A stretch of DNA of 63,494 bases, filler included. It is 7 parts of 7 records of this genome, joined end to end, with 100 filler letters (N's around TTAATTAATTAA, not from the genome) between each part and the next. Parts side by side here need not be neighbours in the genome. Positions count along the whole stretch, not along the records: positions 58,053 to 63,494 come from DRR378314_1228; 6 more parts are not named here. The stretch is one strand, 5' to 3'. A program made the translations under genes and the position numbers. The stretch's first letter is position 1; the number at the start of each line of letters is the position of its first letter. The notes beneath the pieces are model-generated. The model was not told the origin of the DNA and searched no databases. It was given only the letters and a program-made list of their open reading frames with translations. Below are positions 58,142 through 63,494 of the stretch, one piece after another.

Positions 58142-58732
58142 CTATCCCGCCGCGTGGTTTTCAACACGATCCAGCCACTTGCGCAGGTCTTTCGCAAGTG
58201 GCGCAATCTGATGCAGAAGTTCTTCATCATAATCTGAACGATTCCACGCCAAAGAGGCAATTCCACCTATTAGCGGGGCAGCGTCGACCTCATCCGGTTG
58301 TGGCCTGGATTGCTCGTCAATGGCGGGTTTTGCGACCAAAGGCGTCTGGGTGTCCGCAGGATCACCTAGGTCCAGGTCGATCTGATTTGCCGGTTGCTTC
58401 GATTCTGCAGTGAACGGTACGACGGTGTCGTCGTCCTGCGAGGCAGGTGTGTTTTCATCTAGATTGGGCGAAAGCGATGCGACATGCGCGACGCCTTGTT
58501 CGCGCAATATCCTCTGAACACCTTTTATGGTGGTCCCGTCTTCGTGCAGTAGCTTTTTGATGCCGCCCAACAGCCGCATGTCATTCGGGCGGTAGTACCG
58601 CCGTCCACCGGCGCGCTTGACTGGCTTCACATGCGAAAACTTACTTTCCCAGAAGCGCAGAACATGAGCCTGAACTCCGAGCCAGTCCGCAACTTCACTT
58701 ATGGTGCGAAAGGCATCGGGGGACTTACTCAT
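58142..58732 (-). CDS. MerR-family transcriptional regulator (ihfA-linked)
   Basis: [14 protein letters not shown]....HVLRFWE.KF...[12 protein letters not shown]. Confidence 0.92.
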   Translation of the reverse strand: MSKSPDAFRTISEVADWLGVQAHVLRFWESKFSHVKPVKRAGGRRYYRPNDMRLLGGIKKLLHEDGTTIKGVQRILREQGVAHVASLSPNLDENTPASQDDDTVVPFTAESKQPANQIDLDLGDPADTQTPLVAKPAIDEQSRPQPDEVDAAPLIGGIASLAWNRSDYDEELLHQIAPLAKDLRKWLDRVENHAAG

Positions 58733-58750
58733 AACCAAAATGTCCTGAAC

Positions 58751-59053
58751 TTACTTACGGTTCCCTGCAGCGACGCGATCCTTCATCAGGTGCGACGGGC
58801 GGAAGGTCAGCACGCGGCGCGGCTGAATCGGAACCTCTTCACCGGTTTTGGGGTTGCGGCCGATGCGGGCGGTTTTGTCCCGAATGCTGAATGTGCCAAA
58901 AGACGAAATCTTAACCTGTTCGCCACGCACCAACGCGTCAGACATGTGGTCCAATACGCTTTCTACCAGCTGCGCACTTTCATTGCGTGACAGGCCAACC
59001 TCGCGGAAGACAGCTTCGCTCAGATCCATTCGGGTCAGTGTTTTATCGCCCAT
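58751..59053 (-). CDS. ihfA: Integration host factor alpha subunit
   Basis: [35 protein letters not shown]. Confidence 0.97.
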   Translation of the reverse strand: MGDKTLTRMDLSEAVFREVGLSRNESAQLVESVLDHMSDALVRGEQVKISSFGTFSIRDKTARIGRNPKTGEEVPIQPRRVLTFRPSHLMKDRVAAGNRK

Positions 59054-59149
59054 ACCTATTCCCCTGTTGATGGTAGAACATACGGCGATGGGAAATTCGC
59101 TGTCAATATCAATGAATTGCAGCCGGGTCTGTAAGCCGGATTGCGCCGG

Positions 59150-60121
59150 TCACCAGCGCAGAGCAACTGCACCCCATGCCAAACCGCCGCCAATGGCCTC
59201 GGTTACGATCAGATCACCGCGTTTAATCTGGCCACGTTGCTTGCCGACTGACAGGGCCAGAGGAATCGAAGCGGCAGACGTGTTGCCGTGATCCTGAACA
59301 GTGACGACGACGTTTTCCATAGGCAGGCCCATTTTCTTGGCGGTGCCCTGTATAATACGAATATTGGCCTGATGCGGTACAATCCAGTCCACATCGTCGC
59401 CAGTCAAACCCGCACGTTCCAGCGCGACTTCGGCTGTTCGGGCCAGTTTTTCGACCGCATGGCGAAACACCTGATTGCCTTGCATCCGCAGATGGCCGGT
59501 GGACTGGGTTGATACCCCGCCATCGACGTACAGCAGATCCTTGTACCGCCCATCCGAGTTCAGATCGGTCGCCAGAATACCGCGATCATCGGCAGTTCCC
59601 TGACCTTCCTGTTCTTCCAGCACCAATGCGCCTGCACCGTCACCAAACAGCACGCAGGTCGAACGGTCGGTCCAGTCCATGATTCGCGAAAAGGTCTCGG
59701 CCCCGATTACCAGAACGCGCTTGGCCTGGCCGGACAGGATCAGAGCGTTGGCATTGCTGAGCGCAAAGACAAAACCGGCACAGACGGCTTGCACGTCGAA
59801 GGCGAAGCCCTTGGTCATGCCAAGCTGGGCCTGCACCATCGTGGCGGCCGACGGAAAAGTTAGATCAGCGGTCGAAGTAGCCAGGACAATCGCATCGATA
59901 TCGTCTGCCGTCAGACCGGCATCGGCCAAGGCAGCTTTGGCCGCTTTGGTGGCCAGATCCGAGGTGGTCTCGTCCTCAGCAGCGAAATGCCGCCGTTCGA
60001 TACCGGATCGGGTGCGAATCCATTCGTCCGTTGTTTCCAGCGTTTTCTCGAACTCGGAGTTTGGTACGACGCGTTCCGGTAAATAATGCCCGACACCTAC
60101 AACAACTGAGCGGCCTGCCAT
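59150..60121 (-). CDS. fabH: Beta-ketoacyl-ACP synthase III
   Basis: AVCAGF, FGDGAGA, PHQAN and GNTSAASIP. Confidence 0.97.
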   Translation of the reverse strand: MAGRSVVVGVGHYLPERVVPNSEFEKTLETTDEWIRTRSGIERRHFAAEDETTSDLATKAAKAALADAGLTADDIDAIVLATSTADLTFPSAATMVQAQLGMTKGFAFDVQAVCAGFVFALSNANALILSGQAKRVLVIGAETFSRIMDWTDRSTCVLFGDGAGALVLEEQEGQGTADDRGILATDLNSDGRYKDLLYVDGGVSTQSTGHLRMQGNQVFRHAVEKLARTAEVALERAGLTGDDVDWIVPHQANIRIIQGTAKKMGLPMENVVVTVQDHGNTSAASIPLALSVGKQRGQIKRGDLIVTEAIGGGLAWGAVALRW

Positions 60122-60145
60122 GCTGGGGTACTGCCTTTTTTGTTA

Positions 60146-61231
60146 TTATTCCGATTGAGACACGGAATGGGCCGCATCTTGTGCAAGTGCGGCTGTTGAT
60201 GCAACCCGTGCCGCCAATTTTTCAGCAAAGCCGGATTCGGCCAGAGTGAAGGCCAGTTTGACGGCTGCCGAAACGCCGGTTGCGTCCGCTCCGCCATGGG
60301 ATTTGACCACGGTTCCGTTGAGGCCAAGGAACACGCCACCATTGACGCGACGTGGGTCGATCCGCTTTTTCAGACGGTTCAACGAAGTGATCGCAAGGAT
60401 CGAAGCCAGGCGGGACAGGGGGGAGTATTTGAACGCTTGCCGCAGAAGGTCGCCGATCAGGTTCGCCGTGCCTTCGCCCGTTTTGATCGCAACATTGCCT
60501 GTGAACCCGTCGGTCACGATAACATCGGCCTTATCACCGGGAATATCGCTGCCTTCGACAAAGCCCACGAATTCAAAATTCGCCTGATCGGCAAATTCTG
60601 AAATCATGGCATGCGCTTCTTTCAGCTCGGCCCGTCCTTTGTGCTCTTCTGTGCCGACATTCAGCAATCCGATGCGCGGGCGGCTCAGCGCCATGCCGTT
60701 GCGCGCATAAGATGCACCCATCAGTGCGTATTGCAGCAGATCTTTGGCGTCTGCGCGCACGTCCGCGCCCACGTCCAGCATCACGTTGAACCCATGTGGA
60801 TTACGTGAGGGCCAGAGAATTGCGATAGCAGGGCGATTCACGCCGGGCAGCTTGCGCAGCCGCAACATCGACATGGCCATCAACGCTCCGGTATTGCCGC
60901 AGGACACCGCGCCATGCGCTTCGCCCGCACGAACCGCTTCAAGCGCGGACCACATCGAGGTGTTCTTGCCGCTGCGGACCACCTGACTGGGCTTGTCTTC
61001 CATCGTGACCACATCGGCGCAATCACGAAAAACGACGCGTCCATCAAGGACACGCCGTTTAGCTACAAGCTTTCGTAACACCTGTTCAGGCCCGTGCAGA
61101 ATAAATCCAAGCTTCGGGTTCTTGTCCGCAGATTTGGCAATGCCCGCCACAACGACGGCAGGCCCCGAATCTCCGCCCATAGCGTCAACCGAGATGGTGA
61201 TCCGTTCGGTTTGCGTGGGCTGGTCCGTCAT
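60146..61231 (-). CDS. plsX: Phosphate acyltransferase PlsX
   Basis: DAMGGD, GNTGAL, LLNVGTEEHKG, DGFTGN and KSHG. Confidence 0.97.
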   Translation of the reverse strand: MTDQPTQTERITISVDAMGGDSGPAVVVAGIAKSADKNPKLGFILHGPEQVLRKLVAKRRVLDGRVVFRDCADVVTMEDKPSQVVRSGKNTSMWSALEAVRAGEAHGAVSCGNTGALMAMSMLRLRKLPGVNRPAIAILWPSRNPHGFNVMLDVGADVRADAKDLLQYALMGASYARNGMALSRPRIGLLNVGTEEHKGRAELKEAHAMISEFADQANFEFVGFVEGSDIPGDKADVIVTDGFTGNVAIKTGEGTANLIGDLLRQAFKYSPLSRLASILAITSLNRLKKRIDPRRVNGGVFLGLNGTVVKSHGGADATGVSAAVKLAFTLAESGFAEKLAARVASTAALAQDAAHSVSQSE

Positions 61232-61255
61232 GCCTTGGCCTGCGTCCAATCAGGC

Positions 61256-61462
61256 TTAGGCCGCGTCTTCGTCCAGGTCGATTTCGTCGGCCTGAGCGAC
61301 GACTTCACGGTCATCATAGTGGCCGCAAGATGCACAAACGTGGTGCGGGCGCTTCAGTTCGCCACAGTTCGGGCATTCGTTCGGGTTTGCAGCAACCAGA
61401 GCGTCGTGTGCGCGGCGGTTGTTGCGACGCGACTTGGAAACTTTGTTCTGTTGGACGGCCAT
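61256..61462 (-). CDS. rpmF: 50S ribosomal protein L32
   Basis: [33 protein letters not shown]. Confidence 0.97.
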   Translation of the reverse strand: MAVQQNKVSKSRRNNRRAHDALVAANPNECPNCGELKRPHHVCASCGHYDDREVVAQADEIDLDEDAA

Positions 61463-61667
61463 GGTCTCAACCTTTGTCTGATAAGGGCTGACAGATTCGC
61501 CGCCAGCCGGGTTACGTACTTTGTTTTCTCGTGGTTTGACGCGCGTTTAAGGGGCTTGCCCCGCAATGTCCAACCCAAAATCCAATGAGCGCGCGAAAAT
61601 ACTGCGATTCTCGTCATGTTCAAGCAATTTTTCTGGAGGCCTCCTATGACAGGAAATCCCCTGCCTG

Positions 61668-62204
61668 TCACTCGCCTTTTTTCAATGCATCCCGCAGTCC
61701 GGCCAGCCCGGCAAAGGGTTTGACGTCCTCGTCGGTCATGGCCTGTTTTCCCGCTTCGGTAAAGCCAGCCTGTTCCAGTTCGGCCCCATCCTTGCGGGGA
61801 TATTGCGGCAGGGCCAGCGACACCGCCTCGATCATGATCAGCGCAGGATCAATGTCTGTACCCAGCGGTTCGGTCTCATCATCTTCGGGGATTTCAAATT
61901 CAGGTTCATCCGGGTCGTTCCAATCGGCCAGAAATACGCGGGTTACGGGTGTGTCGATGCGTGTCGTCACCGGCTCCAAGGTGACAACGCAGGGCTGGAT
62001 CACCGTTGCCCCCAGTTTACCCGTCAGCGTCCAGTCACGCTTGCCTTTGGCGCGCAGTTCACCGACAAAGCTGAGCTTGCGTAGTCCCAGCAGGCCAAGC
62101 TCGTGTTTGATCGCCTCCAGCGCCTCGCCGGTCGGACGCAGCTCAAACGGGGTGGGGGCGTTCTGGGGCAGGTCGGCCACGTGCAATGATGTCTGGTTGC
62201 TCAT
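61668..62204 (-). CDS. yceD: YceD/DUF177 family protein
   Basis: QPCVVTLEPV, EAVSLALPQYPRK and KPFAGLAGL; conserved position upstream of rpmF. Confidence 0.9.
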   Translation of the reverse strand: MSNQTSLHVADLPQNAPTPFELRPTGEALEAIKHELGLLGLRKLSFVGELRAKGKRDWTLTGKLGATVIQPCVVTLEPVTTRIDTPVTRVFLADWNDPDEPEFEIPEDDETEPLGTDIDPALIMIEAVSLALPQYPRKDGAELEQAGFTEAGKQAMTDEDVKPFAGLAGLRDALKKGE

Positions 62205-62288
62205 AGTTGAGTCTTTCCTGTGTTGAACCGGAGCGCTGGTTTCTGTAATCGGATAGGGTCCGCAACGGGCCAAGGCAAGAGGGTGTGA

Positions 62289-62765
62289 ATGTTGAAGGGT
62301 GTGAACAGGCTGAAACCGGCATCGAAAACACTTGTCTTTGCTGCTTGTTTGGCAGTCGCTGGTGCGTGCTCGCCGATCTTCAAGAATCATGGCTATGTGC
62401 CTCCGCCAGAGGATCTGGCCAAGATCAAGGTCGGCGTTGATACCCGCGACAGTGTGGAAGAAGCCATTGGCGCGCCCAGTTCGTCCGGTGTTGTTCGGGA
62501 TTCTGGTTACTACTACGTCGCGTCGCGAATTCGGCATTCCGGCGCCAAACGACCCAAGGTCGTTTCGCGCCAGTTGGTCGCGATCAGCTTTGATCAACGC
62601 GGTGTTGTCCGCAATATCGAACGGTTCGGGCTGGAGGATGGCTATGTCATCGTGCTCGACCGGCGTGTGACGGATTCCAGCGTGGAAAACAAAGGCTTCC
62701 TGCGTCAGCTTCTGGGCAATATCGGCAACTTTAACCCGGCGAACATTCCGGGTGTAGACAACTAA
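62289..62765 (+). CDS. bamE: Outer membrane assembly lipoprotein BamE (SmpA/OmlA)
   Basis: Lipobox AGAC, NHGYVP, T...V....G.PS, AISFD..GVV. Confidence 0.92.
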   Translation: MLKGVNRLKPASKTLVFAACLAVAGACSPIFKNHGYVPPPEDLAKIKVGVDTRDSVEEAIGAPSSSGVVRDSGYYYVASRIRHSGAKRPKVVSRQLVAISFDQRGVVRNIERFGLEDGYVIVLDRRVTDSSVENKGFLRQLLGNIGNFNPANIPGVDN

Positions 62766-62863
62766 ACTGTCTTATCCACTTGCACGGGTCACAGGACAGT
62801 CACACTTGTTATGGTAAGGACCAGACGAATGTGACCGGTCAGCAACCGCAGGAGGATGCGACC

Positions 62864-63494
62864 ATGACTGTTTTGTTGGACAAGGGACGCTATCGCGCCC
62901 GCCTTGCGCAATGCGAGCGTGACGTCGCAGCGGCGCAGACGCTGCGGACACATGCGTTTGAGACAGATCAGCTGGATTGCGATCCTTTTGATGATCGCTG
63001 CAGCCATGTTCTGGTCGAGGACCTGAAAGCCGGCGGAAAGTTGGTTTGCTGTTTTCGTATGCTGACAATGCAGGACGGTTCTGAGATCGGGCGCAGTTAT
63101 TCGGCACAGTTCTATGATCTGTCTGCGTTGCACGATTTTGCGGGGCCGATGGTTGAAATGGGTCGGTTCTGTATTCACCCCGAATGGCACGATCCTGATA
63201 TCCTGCGCGTCGCTTGGGGTGCGATGACGGCTTATGTCGATCAAAATGGGGTTGAGATGCTGTTTGGTTGCTCGTCTTTCGCGGGGACCGAAACAGCCGA
63301 GTATCTGGATGCATTTGCTATGCTTAGGCAACGGCACCTGGCCCCAAAACGATGGTTGCCACGGGTCAAGGCGCCGGATGTCTTTCGCTTTGCCTCGCGT
63401 CTGCGCCGGCGCCCGAATGTGAAACAAGCGATGCAGCGGATGCCGCCATTGTTGCGCACCTATCTGATGATGGGGGGCTGGGTCAGTGATCACG
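62864..63494 (+). CDS. OlsB/GlsB-type amino-lipid N-acyltransferase (GNAT), 3' truncated; not in the ORF track
   Basis: MTVLLDKGRYRARLA...DPFDD.C.H, SYSAQFYDLS, EMGRFCIHP, LFGCSSF and PPLLRTYL..GG.V; GGAGG SD; position next to bamE suggests the glutamine-lipid paralog glsB. Confidence 0.85.
   Translation, partial: MTVLLDKGRYRARLAQCERDVAAAQTLRTHAFETDQLDCDPFDDRCSHVLVEDLKAGGKLVCCFRMLTMQDGSEIGRSYSAQFYDLSALHDFAGPMVEMGRFCIHPEWHDPDILRVAWGAMTAYVDQNGVEMLFGCSSFAGTETAEYLDAFAMLRQRHLAPKRWLPRVKAPDVFRFASRLRRRPNVKQAMQRMPPLLRTYLMMGGWVSDH

Overview
The window is not one continuous locus. It is seven contigs joined by artificial 100-nt spacers (N-runs around TTAATTAATTAA). Contigs 1 (1-13376) and 7 (58053-63494) are Rhodobacteraceae/roseobacter-type bacterial DNA: purD to crp-degP-hflC-hflK-gor-PACE-rpiA, and tRNA-Pro-merR-ihfA-fabH-plsX-rpmF-yceD-bamE-glsB/olsB-like. 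Contigs 2-6 (13477-57952) come from an intron-rich microbial eukaryote; I spliced its genes by hand, because the six-frame ORF track fragments them. Best leads: (1) a probable unannotated ~80-nt sRNA just downstream of the Crp-family gene, with a perfect TGTGA-N6-TCACA box at the -41.5 position and a loop with 13-nt perfect complementarity to the hflK ribosome-binding site 4 kb away, suggesting a Crp -> sRNA -| HflKC circuit; (2) a 9-exon selenoprotein L with two in-frame UGA codons (UxxU), a probable C-terminal membrane anchor and a candidate SECIS, lying tail-to-tail with a Trm9/ALKBH8-type tRNA wobble methyltransferase; (3) a guanidine-II (mini-ykkC) riboswitch in front of a PACE transporter; (4) an eIF2-alpha kinase with a C-terminal ACT-like domain; (5) a TM + zinc-finger + SpoU/TrmH methyltransferase fusion. 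All family calls rest on recalled motifs and manual reading; no searches were run.
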